Shown here: one piece after another, positions 40,956-50,814 of the stretch
Layout of the letters: each line of letters starts with the position of its first letter
How positions within the stretch are numbered: position 1 is the stretch's first letter
Made by a program: the position numbers and the translations under genes
The notes under the pieces: generated by a model
What the model saw: only the letters and a program-made list of their open reading frames with translations
Databases searched by the model: none
What the model was told of the DNA's origin: nothing
Source: a virus
Lineage: Duplodnaviria > Caudoviricetes
Length of the DNA stretch: 64,000 nucleotides
IMG/VR virus record: IMGVR_UViG_3300025276_000033
Coordinates: 2,012-66,011 of that record
Direction: 5' to 3' (one strand)

Positions 40956-41339
40956 ATGAAAAAATACACAGACGCTGTTAGCGAATTTCACAAAACATTT
41001 AAAGTAGAACAAAACGAATCACCTACTTTAATCTCAGAAGAGGATTGGATTCTTAGACATAAATTAATGAAAGAAGAAAATCAAGAATATATTGATGCCT
41101 GTGCAACAAATGATTTAGTAGAAGTTGCCGATGCATTAGGAGATCAACTTTATATTCTTTGTGGTACAATTCTAAAACACGGAATGCAACATAAGATTGA
41201 AGAAATTTTCGATGAAATACAAAAAAGTAATTTATCAAAATTAGACGATAAAGGAAATCCTATATATCGTGGTGATGGTAAAATATTAAAAGGAGTAAAC
41301 TATTTCGAACCAAACATTAAAAATATTTTAGATGTATAA
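40956..41339 (+). CDS. MazG-like / PRA-PH NTP pyrophosphohydrolase
   Basis: EFHKTF, LMKEENQEY, EVADALGDQLY, SNLSK and DGKILKG motifs. Confidence 0.85.
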   Translation: MKKYTDAVSEFHKTFKVEQNESPTLISEEDWILRHKLMKEENQEYIDACATNDLVEVADALGDQLYILCGTILKHGMQHKIEEIFDEIQKSNLSKLDDKGNPIYRGDGKILKGVNYFEPNIKNILDV

Positions 41340-42372
41340 AGAACTATTAAAATTTTCAGAAGAAAATCCTATCAGAGTAACTATGTGTGAAAAGACTTCA
41401 TTAAGTTATGCATACACGTTTAACGACAATTCAGTTATATATTATGAATTAGATGGTAATGTAGATGTTTACAATGATTTAATTTTACCTAACGCAAATG
41501 AGTACAATAATATTGATGATGCAATTCATTCAGAATCTGCAGTACACGATGAGAATCCGTATGTCTTTTCTAATATTGATAATTCAGTATCTAAGGAAGT
41601 GTCGGCAAATAAGTTTATAAAAGCTGTTTCTGCATTTAACAAATTCTACGATGAAAATAATATTCATAAAGAATATAGAGGTATTCACATAAAGGAGGGA
41701 AAAATGTTTGCTACAAATGCATTCGTTATGCGAATCGTAGAAACAACTGTATTTGATAAAGATATTAATATGGTCATAGATTTCAAACCAGTTGTAGAGT
41801 ATATGGACATTGATACTAATAAAATAAAAACAACAGGAAAATCTCTTTGGGATACTAAGAAAACTAAAAATGAAAATGTTAAACTATCTACTTACACTAA
41901 AGATGGTGATGATGTTTTACATATAGAATATAAAGGACTTACTTTTATTAATCATAGTTTGTGTAAATCAGAATTAGACTTTTCGTTTATTGAAAACGCA
42001 TCTAAAAATTTAGATTCTAGTATCAAAGTTCACAAGAAACAATTATACAAAGCTGTTAATAATATACTCGGAACTTCAATCAAAAATTCTAACAAGGTTA
42101 AAAATGCATTAGTCTTTGAACAAGCTGATGGAAAAACATTATCAATTTATCCTTACATTAAATTTACAGAAGGAGTAGGTGACCACGTTGAATATGTAAA
42201 TGCACAATCTAATGTAAAAAATAAGATGATAACAAACGGAGAAAATCTATTGAACATCTTGAAAAGTATTCCTGACGAAGTTGTAGAAATGAAATACAAT
42301 AAAGAAAGTAGTATTTCAAAAATTTCATCAACCAAGTCTAAAGAAGATTACTATGCTATTTTCAATGTATAG
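41332..42372 (+). CDS. DNA polymerase III beta-clamp-like protein
   Basis: GIHIKEGKMFATNAF and NGENLLNILKSIPDEVVEM resemble DnaN segments; 346 aa. Confidence 0.5.
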   Translation: MYKELLKFSEENPIRVTMCEKTSLSYAYTFNDNSVIYYELDGNVDVYNDLILPNANEYNNIDDAIHSESAVHDENPYVFSNIDNSVSKEVSANKFIKAVSAFNKFYDENNIHKEYRGIHIKEGKMFATNAFVMRIVETTVFDKDINMVIDFKPVVEYMDIDTNKIKTTGKSLWDTKKTKNENVKLSTYTKDGDDVLHIEYKGLTFINHSLCKSELDFSFIENASKNLDSSIKVHKKQLYKAVNNILGTSIKNSNKVKNALVFEQADGKTLSIYPYIKFTEGVGDHVEYVNAQSNVKNKMITNGENLLNILKSIPDEVVEMKYNKESSISKISSTKSKEDYYAIFNV

Positions 42373-42405
42373 AGTATTAAATAGTTTATAAAATAACATA
42401 CATAT

Positions 42406-42714
42406 ATGAAAGCATTAAGTGAATTTCTAAACGAATCAAAATCATTTACTTCAAATCCTAATATTAAAGAACTTGAAAAGGGATTGACTGTGCGTATCAC
42501 AAACAACAAGAAAAACATTAGTGGTCCTGGAACGTTTACCTTTGGTAGTGCTTCTAAAATCGGTAAGATTGTAAGTATAGATAAAAACGAAGTTACTGTT
42601 GAAATTAACAAAAAAACAATAACCGTAACAGCTGTTGGTAGTAATGGTAATATGGGTGGTGATTTTGAAATAGTTAATGAATCAATGTATAATTATATGT
42701 ATCCTTTTTTATAA
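42406..42714 (+). CDS. Tagged putative internal protein (MKALSEFLNES), SH3-like
   Basis: Tag; TTAAATA at 42377. Confidence 0.7.
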   Translation: MKALSEFLNESKSFTSNPNIKELEKGLTVRITNNKKNISGPGTFTFGSASKIGKIVSIDKNEVTVEINKKTITVTAVGSNGNMGGDFEIVNESMYNYMYPFL

Positions 42715-42752
42715 TAAAGAATATTTATTGATATTATTTTTACAATTTAATT

Positions 42753-43241
42753 ATGAACATTTATATTATACACCATTCAAGTGATTTTTATAAAATAGGT
42801 AAAGCTAATAATATTAACTCTAGATTAAGACACTTACAAACATCTTGTCCTATTCCATTAAAGGTTATAGCTTTTCTACCTTGTTGCGATTCTGGTATTT
42901 TATCAGCTGAAGATATATCTTATATATCAGAAAGTAAATTACACAAAGAATATCAAAAATTTAATACTACTAATGAATGGTTCAAATTAGATAAAGAATT
43001 AGTTGAAGAAATTATAAACAAATATGGATTTATAAAAGGAAAAGGTAATAAATTAGATATTGAACTTCCTAAAAAGAAAGGTAGAAAGAAAGGTTCGATT
43101 AAGTCAGATGAAAAATTCTTAGATGAAAATAAATATATTATTGATTGTCTTAAAAAAGGTTTGAGTGTTAGAGATACTATGTCATTAACAAATAAGTCAT
43201 CACACTCTGTTCAAAAAGTAAGAAAGATGATACTTTCGTAG
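42753..43241 (+). CDS. GIY-YIG T5orf172/MUG113-family protein with a C-terminal HTH
   Basis: YKIGKANNINSRLRHLQTSCP, ESKLH and NEWF motifs; GRKKGS...HTH tail. Confidence 0.8.
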   Translation: MNIYIIHHSSDFYKIGKANNINSRLRHLQTSCPIPLKVIAFLPCCDSGILSAEDISYISESKLHKEYQKFNTTNEWFKLDKELVEEIINKYGFIKGKGNKLDIELPKKKGRKKGSIKSDEKFLDENKYIIDCLKKGLSVRDTMSLTNKSSHSVQKVRKMILS

Positions 43242-43255
43242 TGATTAAATAGTAT

Positions 43256-44020
43256 ATGATAATATACAAAACTACTAATTTACTTAATGATAAGTTCTAT
43301 ATAGGACAAGACAAAAACGACAATCCTAATTATCTTGGTTCTGGAAAATGCCTAAAGAGAGCAATCGAAAAATATGGTATTGATAACTTTAAAAAAGAAA
43401 CTTTAGAATCTGTTCAAACAAAAGATGAACTAAATGAAAGAGAAATTTTTTGGATTGAAAAAACAAATGCAATGAAATTAGGATACAATATAGCAAGTGG
43501 TGGTCAAGGTGGAAATCTTGGTCCTGCTGTTGCTGAAAGAAAATCTAAATCACTTAAAGAATTTCATAACAAAAACCCTAATGCATACGCCGGAAAGAAT
43601 AATAGTCGATATGATGATACAAAATATGAATTCTACAATATAGAAACCGAAGAGGTTTTAATATCAAGTAAATTTGAATTGGCTCAAAAATTGAATAGTA
43701 AAAGTAAGAGTTCTCCTATTAACAGCGTAATAGTTGGTAGAAGAAAACGATATAAGAATTGGATTTTATTAGAAAATAAAGAAAAATATACACTTGAATA
43801 TTTTAAAATTCAAAATTTTAAAAATAATACAAATTACATTAGTGATTATATTGAAATTATTAACATAAAAACTGGTATAGTATTTAAAGGTGAAATGTCT
43901 GCAGCAAGATTAAGTCATCCAGAAATACAAACTAATGGATTGCAAAAATTATTAAATAAAAAAATCAAGAAACATTTCAATTGGTCTTTATTAAATAGAG
44001 AAGATGAAAAAGATAAGTAG
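43256..44020 (+). CDS. Free-standing GIY-YIG homing endonuclease (Seg-like)
   Basis: IIYKTTN...FYIGQ, YLGSG, AIEKYG, ERE..WI and GYNI motifs. Confidence 0.85.
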   Translation: MIIYKTTNLLNDKFYIGQDKNDNPNYLGSGKCLKRAIEKYGIDNFKKETLESVQTKDELNEREIFWIEKTNAMKLGYNIASGGQGGNLGPAVAERKSKSLKEFHNKNPNAYAGKNNSRYDDTKYEFYNIETEEVLISSKFELAQKLNSKSKSSPINSVIVGRRKRYKNWILLENKEKYTLEYFKIQNFKNNTNYISDYIEIINIKTGIVFKGEMSAARLSHPEIQTNGLQKLLNKKIKKHFNWSLLNREDEKDK

Positions 44021-44615
44021 TTATATTACAGAAATAAAAAATTATCCTTTCTTAGACCCTAAGAAAAGAAACTCTATGAACGTATTTGATATTGATGAGA
44101 CCCTGGTCGTAAGCAAAGCAGTAATTAAAGTTCACGATACTAAGACAGGAGAAACTTTTGAACTTACACCACAAGAATTTAACGAATACAATTCGAAACC
44201 GCATCACAAACAAGATTACAGTGATTTTGCATCCTTAGATATTTTAAAAGCTGGTAAGTTGATAGATTGGGTAGTCGATATTCTTAAAGGAACTTTGAAA
44301 AAAAGAAAAGCAGTTGGAATCATTACAGCAAGAGGAGATCAACAGTTAATAAAAGATTTCCTCTTGCATCATGGTATTAATATAAATAAAGATTTCATCT
44401 TTGCAATCAATGATCCAAAACACGGATTGAAAGGAACTATACCAGAAAAGAAAAAAGAAGCATTTACAAGGTTGATTGATTTAGGATTTAATGACTTTAG
44501 ATTTTTTGATGATTCAAAAGAAAACATAGACTTTGCAAAAGAATTGGCAAAGGAAAATCCGAATATAAAAATGGACGCAAAATATATCAAGCAGAAGTGG
44601 ATTCCAAAATTATAA
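44004..44615 (+). CDS. HAD-superfamily phosphatase
   Basis: FDIDETL, IITARG and FFDD motifs; tag-like MKKISSYITE start. Confidence 0.8.
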   Translation: MKKISSYITEIKNYPFLDPKKRNSMNVFDIDETLVVSKAVIKVHDTKTGETFELTPQEFNEYNSKPHHKQDYSDFASLDILKAGKLIDWVVDILKGTLKKRKAVGIITARGDQQLIKDFLLHHGININKDFIFAINDPKHGLKGTIPEKKKEAFTRLIDLGFNDFRFFDDSKENIDFAKELAKENPNIKMDAKYIKQKWIPKL

Positions 44616-44708
44616 TTTTTTTTAATAAAATAAAAATCCCTAAAAATCCCTTTAACATAAGAATATAGAAATTAATTTCATTTATTTTAAAAATAAGTGC
44701 GCTAAAAG

Positions 44709-44843
44709 TTGCAATTGTCATTCTTTATGCGTATCTTGTATTTGTTGGTGAGGGTGTAATAATCCTAACAACAGTTGTTCTTTAAAAATAATTTAAAAAT
44801 AAGTGCCTTAAAAGTTGCAATTGTCAATTTAATTCGGTATCTT
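44709..44843 (+). promoter_or_regulatory. Two tandem early-type promoters (44709-44737 and 44815-44843)
   Basis: AAAAGTTGCAATTGTCA...GTATCTTGTATTTGTTGGTGAGGG direct repeat. Confidence 0.8.
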
Positions 44844-44910
44844 GTATTTGTTGGTGAGGGCATCAACATTTAATCTTAATTCATTTATAACCTAAAAAAA
44901 GGAAAAAATT

Positions 44911-45975
44911 ATGAGCGAAAAATTTAACAATTTCAAAGAAGAAGTACTTTCAAAGAGAATTGGAAGGAAGCAAGTTTCACTTTCTGAAATCAGATTACTT
45001 ACTGATTCGGCAATTGAAATCAATGGTTTAACATTGGCATTAGCGCCAGCAGGATTTACATCACTGTTGAAAATTGTAGGAATTTCTAAACAACTTAGAA
45101 AGAACCTTATTAAGCAATATGGTGACTCTTTTGCCGACAATTTAGTATCTACATTAGGAAGAGCAATGGGTTCTTCTAAAGGTAACGTAACGTTGTTAAT
45201 CGACATGCGTAAAAAAAGAGTTGTGAATATTGTTTCAAGTTCTGAAACGATGATTGCAAACGAAAGTTACTTGAACCAAGTCGAAAAAATAATTGACAAG
45301 TCTAACTTGGAAATTGATTCGATGGTCGTAAGAGATAACGGTGGTTTTACAGTTTCAACAGTAGGAGACAATTCAGAATGGGGACTTACTGGCAAAATAT
45401 CTTCTGAAAGTTTCAAGTTCGGTTTGAACTTTGATAACGACCCCGTAAAAGGAACAAGATTGATGCCTTACAACCAACGATTGGTTTGTACAAACGGAAT
45501 GATTGGTCAAGGATTTGTTGGAGTTCATCAACTTGTTAACACTAAAGATTCTTGGGATACTTTTTATAGCAAAATCGGCGTTCTTGAAAAAGACAACTTT
45601 AGACCGATAGAATTTAGTTCAACTTTGAGTTCTGTTATGAGTGCCGATGCTTCACTTTCTGAACTAACTCAAGCAAGAAACTTGATGAGAGCAAACTCTA
45701 AAGTAGGTGATTTAGAAATCGAAAGATTTGCACCGATTGATTCAACTCAAGATGCATACAAAAAGAAAGGTGTTTTAGTCGATGAACTTAACAAAGACCA
45801 AAAACAAAATGCCAGAACTGATGTTTCGTATTGGGAATTGATTAACGGAATTACTGACTTTGCAAGTCATAACTACGGACACGAAGTTTCTAATCCAGAT
45901 ACACTTCAAAGATTCGCTGGTAAGTTATTCGTTAAGAAACCCGACCTTTCTAACTTAGTTCTTAGTCCTTTCTAA
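44911..45975 (+). CDS. DUF932-like protein
   Basis: RLVCTNGM motif; WELINGIT..ASH C-terminus. Confidence 0.65.
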   Translation: MSEKFNNFKEEVLSKRIGRKQVSLSEIRLLTDSAIEINGLTLALAPAGFTSLLKIVGISKQLRKNLIKQYGDSFADNLVSTLGRAMGSSKGNVTLLIDMRKKRVVNIVSSSETMIANESYLNQVEKIIDKSNLEIDSMVVRDNGGFTVSTVGDNSEWGLTGKISSESFKFGLNFDNDPVKGTRLMPYNQRLVCTNGMIGQGFVGVHQLVNTKDSWDTFYSKIGVLEKDNFRPIEFSSTLSSVMSADASLSELTQARNLMRANSKVGDLEIERFAPIDSTQDAYKKKGVLVDELNKDQKQNARTDVSYWELINGITDFASHNYGHEVSNPDTLQRFAGKLFVKKPDLSNLVLSPF

Positions 45976-45997
45976 TCTAAGTAGTGTGAATATTAAG

Positions 45998-46024
45998 ATA
46001 AGGGGATTTTCCCCTTATTTTTTT
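45998..46024 (+). terminator. Rho-independent terminator
   Basis: ATAAGGGGA...TCCCCTTAT followed by a T-run. Confidence 0.75.
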
Positions 46025-46081
46025 CTTAAAATCAAGTCATTTTTCAATTAACTAAGTTAAATAACAAAACAAATATACCCT

Positions 46082-46504
46082 ATGGCAAATAAAAAGATTT
46101 TACACGTAGATATGGATGGCGTAGTTGCCGATTACCTAAACGCAGAATACAATAAACTATTCAAAGACTACAAAGACAAAGGATTCTTTCGTGGCCTACC
46201 AGAAATGGAAGGAATGCGAGATGCATTGACAAAGTTAGAACAAAAATACGATATTTTTTTCTTGACAACTGCACCTTGGTCTTCTCCAAGAGCTTGGAGA
46301 GAAAAACGAGAATGGGTAGAAGATAAATTTGGAGATCAATTCAAAAAGAAAATTATAATGACGCATCGAAAAGACATGATTTACGGTGATTATTTAATTG
46401 ATGATAGAACAGCAAACGGAGCTGCTCAATTTAAAGGTGAGCATATTCATTTTGGAACTAATAAGTTTCCAGATTGGGCAAGTGTAGTAAAATATCTACT
46501 GTAA
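46082..46504 (+). CDS. 5'(3')-deoxyribonucleotidase (NT5C, HAD family)
   Basis: VDMDGVVAD, TAPW, EKREWV, THRKD and LIDDR motifs. Confidence 0.9.
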   Translation: MANKKILHVDMDGVVADYLNAEYNKLFKDYKDKGFFRGLPEMEGMRDALTKLEQKYDIFFLTTAPWSSPRAWREKREWVEDKFGDQFKKKIIMTHRKDMIYGDYLIDDRTANGAAQFKGEHIHFGTNKFPDWASVVKYLL

Positions 46505-46547
46505 GCTATCAATTAAATACACTACAACCAAAATCATCTACCTAGAC

Positions 46548-46763
46548 ATGCAAAACTTAGAAAATCTAACAAAAGAAAAACTAAAGTTAGAAGAAGTAAT
46601 CGAAATCCTAACAATAGAAGGAACAACTAGAAAATATATTGAAAGATACGAAAATCAATTGTATCAAGTCAAAAATGCAATTCAAATATATTCTATTGCT
46701 AAACAAGAAAAAATAGAAAAATCTTGCGGCAAAGAGAATTGTGATTGTAGATGTAAAAAATAA
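46548..46763 (+). CDS. Hypothetical protein
   Basis: ORF with a Cys-rich tail. Confidence 0.5.
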   Translation: MQNLENLTKEKLKLEEVIEILTIEGTTRKYIERYENQLYQVKNAIQIYSIAKQEKIEKSCGKENCDCRCKK

Positions 46764-46802
46764 ATTTTAGTTTCACTTTAACAAAAAATAATACTTAAAA
46801 TT

Positions 46803-46837
46803 AAACCTATCTGATGAAATATTTGGATAGGTTTTTT
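46803..46837 (+). terminator. Rho-independent terminator
   Basis: AAACCTATC...GATAGGTTT followed by a T-run. Confidence 0.65.
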
Positions 46838-46862
46838 CATTTAATAATAAAGAGAATACTAC

Positions 46863-47858
46863 ATGAATGAATACAAATTTCCGTATGAATGGACACTAAA
46901 AGATGCAGTCTTTACAAAAGATAAAGGTAAAGTTTTCAGTTGTTTTGCTTGTGGTGGTGGTTCTACTATGGGATATAAGTTAGCAGGATTTGATGTTTTA
47001 GGATGCAATGAGATTGATCCGAAAATGATTGAAGCTTACAGAACAAACCATAAACCTAAATATAGTTTTTTAGAACCTATCCAGGATTTCAAAAGTAAAA
47101 AGGATTTACCAAAAGAACTTTTCAATTTAGATATCTTAGATGGTAGTCCACCTTGTAGTAGTTTTTCTATGGCCGGACTGAGAGAAAAAGCGTGGGGTAA
47201 ACAGAAAAAATTTAGAGAAGGACAAGCTCTTCAAATATTAGATACTTTATTTTTCGATTTTATTGACCTTGCAGAAAGATTACAACCTAAAGTAGTTATC
47301 GGAGAAAACGTAAAAGGATTGTTACTAGGTAATGCAAAGAGTTATGTTGAAAAGATTTATAAGGCATTTGATAAGGCCGGTTTTATCTGTCAACACTTTT
47401 TACTAAAGGGGTCTGATATGGGCGTTCCGCAAGGAAGAGAGCGAGTTTTCTTTGTATGTCTTAGAAAAGATTTAGCAAAAAGATTTATTAAAATAAATAA
47501 TCTATTTGAAGAAAAACCTTATCTAAATTTAGATTTCAACGAAAAACCTATTCTTTCTAAGGAAGTTGTTACTAGAGGAAAACCAATAAGTAATAAAACA
47601 AGTTACCTTGAATCTAGATATGGTGACATTCTGTTTAATCCGGATAAAGTTTTCAATACTATATGTACAAGAAATAGATATTTCTATGATTTAAAACATT
47701 ATGTATCTGATGAAACATATTTGAAAGCTGGAACTTATCCTATGGATTATGACTTTGTAAAAACACAACCTTTATACTTAACAGGAATGTCTGTACCACC
47801 AGTAATGACTGCACAAGTTGTTAGTAGAGTTTATGAACAATGGTTATCAAAAATATAA
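46863..47858 (+). CDS. C5-cytosine DNA methyltransferase, family A copy 1
   Basis: FACGGG (I), GSPPCSSFS (IV), ENV (VI), PQGRERV (VIII) and GMSVPP (X). Confidence 0.92.
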   Translation: MNEYKFPYEWTLKDAVFTKDKGKVFSCFACGGGSTMGYKLAGFDVLGCNEIDPKMIEAYRTNHKPKYSFLEPIQDFKSKKDLPKELFNLDILDGSPPCSSFSMAGLREKAWGKQKKFREGQALQILDTLFFDFIDLAERLQPKVVIGENVKGLLLGNAKSYVEKIYKAFDKAGFICQHFLLKGSDMGVPQGRERVFFVCLRKDLAKRFIKINNLFEEKPYLNLDFNEKPILSKEVVTRGKPISNKTSYLESRYGDILFNPDKVFNTICTRNRYFYDLKHYVSDETYLKAGTYPMDYDFVKTQPLYLTGMSVPPVMTAQVVSRVYEQWLSKI

Positions 47859-47859
47859 T

Positions 47860-48921
47860 ATGAAAGAACCTAAGTACAATTACGAATGGACCATAAAAGA
47901 TGCAACATTTACAAAAGATAAAGGAAAAGTATTTTCTTGCTTTGCTTGTGGAGGTGGTTCTACTATGGGTTACAAGTTGTCCGGATTTGATGTTTTGGGT
48001 TGTAACGAAATAGACCCCAAAATGATTGAAGCTTACAGAGCAAATCATAAACCTAAATATAGTTTTTTAGAACCTATTCAAGATTTTAAAAATAGAAAAG
48101 ATTTACCTGAGGACCTATACAATTTAGATATCTTAGATGGGTCACCACCTTGTAGTAGTTTTTCTATGTCAGGATTGAGAGAAAAAGCATGGGGAAAGCA
48201 AAAGAAATTTAGAGAAGGTCAATCCTTGCAAGTTCTTGATACCCTATTTTTTGATTTTATTGACCTTGCAGAAAGATTACAACCTAAAGTTGTAGTTGCT
48301 GAAAATGTCAAAGGATTATTAATGGGTAATGCAAAAGAATATGTTGAAAAGATTTACAAGGCATTTGATAAGGCAGGTTTCGTTTGTCAACATTTCCTTT
48401 TGAATAGTGCTAGGATGGAAGTTCCACAAAGAAGAGAACGAGTTTTCTTTATTTGTCTTAGAAAAGATTTAGCAAAATCCTTTGCACATCAAAAAGATAT
48501 GTTTACAATTATCCCAAAACTTTCTTTGAACTTTAATTGTAAAACAATACCTTTCAAACTTATTGAAGACAATTCTGATTTGAATATAAAAGACGATACT
48601 AAAATTTCTACGTTTTGGGATTTAGTAGATGTCGGACAACAGTTTTCTAGGGCACATCCAAAAGGTAGTTTTTTTAATGATAATAAAACACACCCAGATA
48701 AACCAATAACAACAATCACTGCCGATACAGGACACGGAAGTTGGCATTATTCTATCAAAAGAAGATTGAATGATTTAGAAATAATACGAGCTGGTACATA
48801 TCCTTTAGATTATAATTTTTGTAGGAATAGACCAAAATACTTAATAGGTATGAGTGTTCCACCTATTATGACAGCACAAATTGCAGATAAAATTTACGAC
48901 CAATGGTTATCAAAGATATGA
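47860..48921 (+). CDS. C5-cytosine DNA methyltransferase, family A copy 2
   Basis: Same motifs; start set to ATG 47860 by alignment with paralogs. Confidence 0.92.
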   Translation: MKEPKYNYEWTIKDATFTKDKGKVFSCFACGGGSTMGYKLSGFDVLGCNEIDPKMIEAYRANHKPKYSFLEPIQDFKNRKDLPEDLYNLDILDGSPPCSSFSMSGLREKAWGKQKKFREGQSLQVLDTLFFDFIDLAERLQPKVVVAENVKGLLMGNAKEYVEKIYKAFDKAGFVCQHFLLNSARMEVPQRRERVFFICLRKDLAKSFAHQKDMFTIIPKLSLNFNCKTIPFKLIEDNSDLNIKDDTKISTFWDLVDVGQQFSRAHPKGSFFNDNKTHPDKPITTITADTGHGSWHYSIKRRLNDLEIIRAGTYPLDYNFCRNRPKYLIGMSVPPIMTAQIADKIYDQWLSKI

Positions 48922-49985
48922 AAGAACATAAATATAATTACGAATGGACTTTAAAAGATGCCGTCTTTACAAAAGATAGAGGTAAAGTATTTTCTTGTTT
49001 TGCTTGTGGGGGTGGTTCTACTATGGGATATAAACTTTCTGGTTTCGATGTTTTAGGATGCAATGAAATTGATCCAAGAATGATTGAAGCTTACAGAACA
49101 AACCACAAACCGAAATATAGTTTTTTAGAATCAATAACAACTTTCAAAGACCGCAAAGATTTACCTGAGGACTTGTACAATTTAGATATCTTAGATGGTA
49201 GTCCACCTTGTAGTAGTTTTAGTATGGCAGGTGTTCGTGAAAAAGCATGGGGAAAGCAAAAGAAATTTAGAGAAGGACAATCTTTACAAGTCTTAGATAC
49301 TCTATTTTTCGATTTCATTGATTTAGCAAAAGAACTCAAACCTAAAGTTGTGATTGCTGAAAATGTCAAAGGATTATTAATGGGTAATGCAAAAGAATAT
49401 GTTGAAAAGATTTATAAAGCATTCGATGAAGCCGGATATTATTGTCAACATTTTCTTTTGAACAGTTCTAAGATGTCTGTTCCACAAAGAAGAGAACGAG
49501 TTTTCTTTATTTGTCTTAGAAAAGATTTATCAAAACCTTTTATGGATCAAAAGGATTTGTTCAATAACAAACCTAAGATTAATTTAGATTTCAACGAACC
49601 TGGAATTCTTTTTGAAGAAATATATGATGGATTAGGAAAACCTATTACTGAATATAAAATGAAAGCATTTGAATGTAGGCAACCTAATGATAATGGTATT
49701 GCTGATAGTAAACGACACGCTGGAATGAAAGTTTCTGATTACAATTGTGTCTATGTTAAACACGATAAAGTAATGCCAACAATCACAGGAAAAGCTGAAC
49801 ACGCAATGTTGTTGTATAACGAACCTATAAAACCAAGTAATACCGAATTGAGAAAAGGTGGAACTTATCCTATGGATTATGAATTTAGTAATATCGGATA
49901 TTTGATTGGAATGAGTGTACCTCCTGTTATGACGGCACAAGTTGCAGATAGAATTTACGACCAATGGTTATCAAAAATAAAATAG
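48918..49985 (+). CDS. C5-cytosine DNA methyltransferase, family A copy 3
   Basis: Same motifs; ATGA overlap with copy 2. Confidence 0.92.
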   Translation: MKEHKYNYEWTLKDAVFTKDRGKVFSCFACGGGSTMGYKLSGFDVLGCNEIDPRMIEAYRTNHKPKYSFLESITTFKDRKDLPEDLYNLDILDGSPPCSSFSMAGVREKAWGKQKKFREGQSLQVLDTLFFDFIDLAKELKPKVVIAENVKGLLMGNAKEYVEKIYKAFDEAGYYCQHFLLNSSKMSVPQRRERVFFICLRKDLSKPFMDQKDLFNNKPKINLDFNEPGILFEEIYDGLGKPITEYKMKAFECRQPNDNGIADSKRHAGMKVSDYNCVYVKHDKVMPTITGKAEHAMLLYNEPIKPSNTELRKGGTYPMDYEFSNIGYLIGMSVPPVMTAQVADRIYDQWLSKIK

Positions 49986-49993
49986 AATAAAAT

Positions 49994-50812
49994 ATGAATG
50001 TACTAAGTTTATTTGATGGTATGAGTTGTGGGCAAATTGCTCTAAACAAATTAGAAATAAAATATGATAGATATTTTGCTTGTGAGATAGATAAGTTTGC
50101 AATACAAGTTGCACAACACAATTATCCATTGACTGAGCAATTAGGAAGTGTTACAGATTTAGATACTTCTGAATTACCTAAGATTGATTTATTGATAGGT
50201 GGAAGTCCTTGTCAAAGTTTTAGTAATTTAGGAAACGGAAAAGGATTTGATGGTAAGAGTGGTTTGTTTTGGGAATATGTTAGGATACTAAAAGAAACTA
50301 AACCAAAATATTTTCTTCTTGAAAATGTTGTAATGAAGAAGGAATGGCAAGCAATTATTACAGAAGCAATGGGAGTTGAACCTATAAAAATGAATAGTAG
50401 AAATGTTTCTGCACAAAACAGACCCCGTTTATTTTGGACTAATATTCCAATTACACAACCTAAAGATTTAGAAATATTTGTAAAAGATATTGTAGATACG
50501 GAAGTTGAAGATAAATATTACTTGTCTGATTTAGCAATTGCAAAAGTTCAAAGAAGTAAATTCGGTAGAGAATATGCAACATTAGATACCGAAAAGGTAA
50601 GAACATTAACGGCTGGATATTATAAGATTCCTGGAGATGGTGTTTATTTTCAAGACCATAAAGGTAAACGAAGATATACACCAACAGAATGTGAAAGACT
50701 ACAAACTGTTCCAGAAGGATATACAGAAATTTGTAGCAATTCTCAAAGATGGAAAATGTTAGGTAATGGTTGGACTGTTGATTTGATTGCCCATATATTT
50801 AAAGGAATATAA
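49994..50812 (+). CDS. C5-cytosine DNA methyltransferase, family B copy 1
   Basis: LSLFDGMSCG, GGSPCQ, ENV, QNRPR, ECERLQ and GNGWTV motifs. Confidence 0.92.
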   Translation: MNVLSLFDGMSCGQIALNKLEIKYDRYFACEIDKFAIQVAQHNYPLTEQLGSVTDLDTSELPKIDLLIGGSPCQSFSNLGNGKGFDGKSGLFWEYVRILKETKPKYFLLENVVMKKEWQAIITEAMGVEPIKMNSRNVSAQNRPRLFWTNIPITQPKDLEIFVKDIVDTEVEDKYYLSDLAIAKVQRSKFGREYATLDTEKVRTLTAGYYKIPGDGVYFQDHKGKRRYTPTECERLQTVPEGYTEICSNSQRWKMLGNGWTVDLIAHIFKGI

Positions 50813-50814
50813 TT

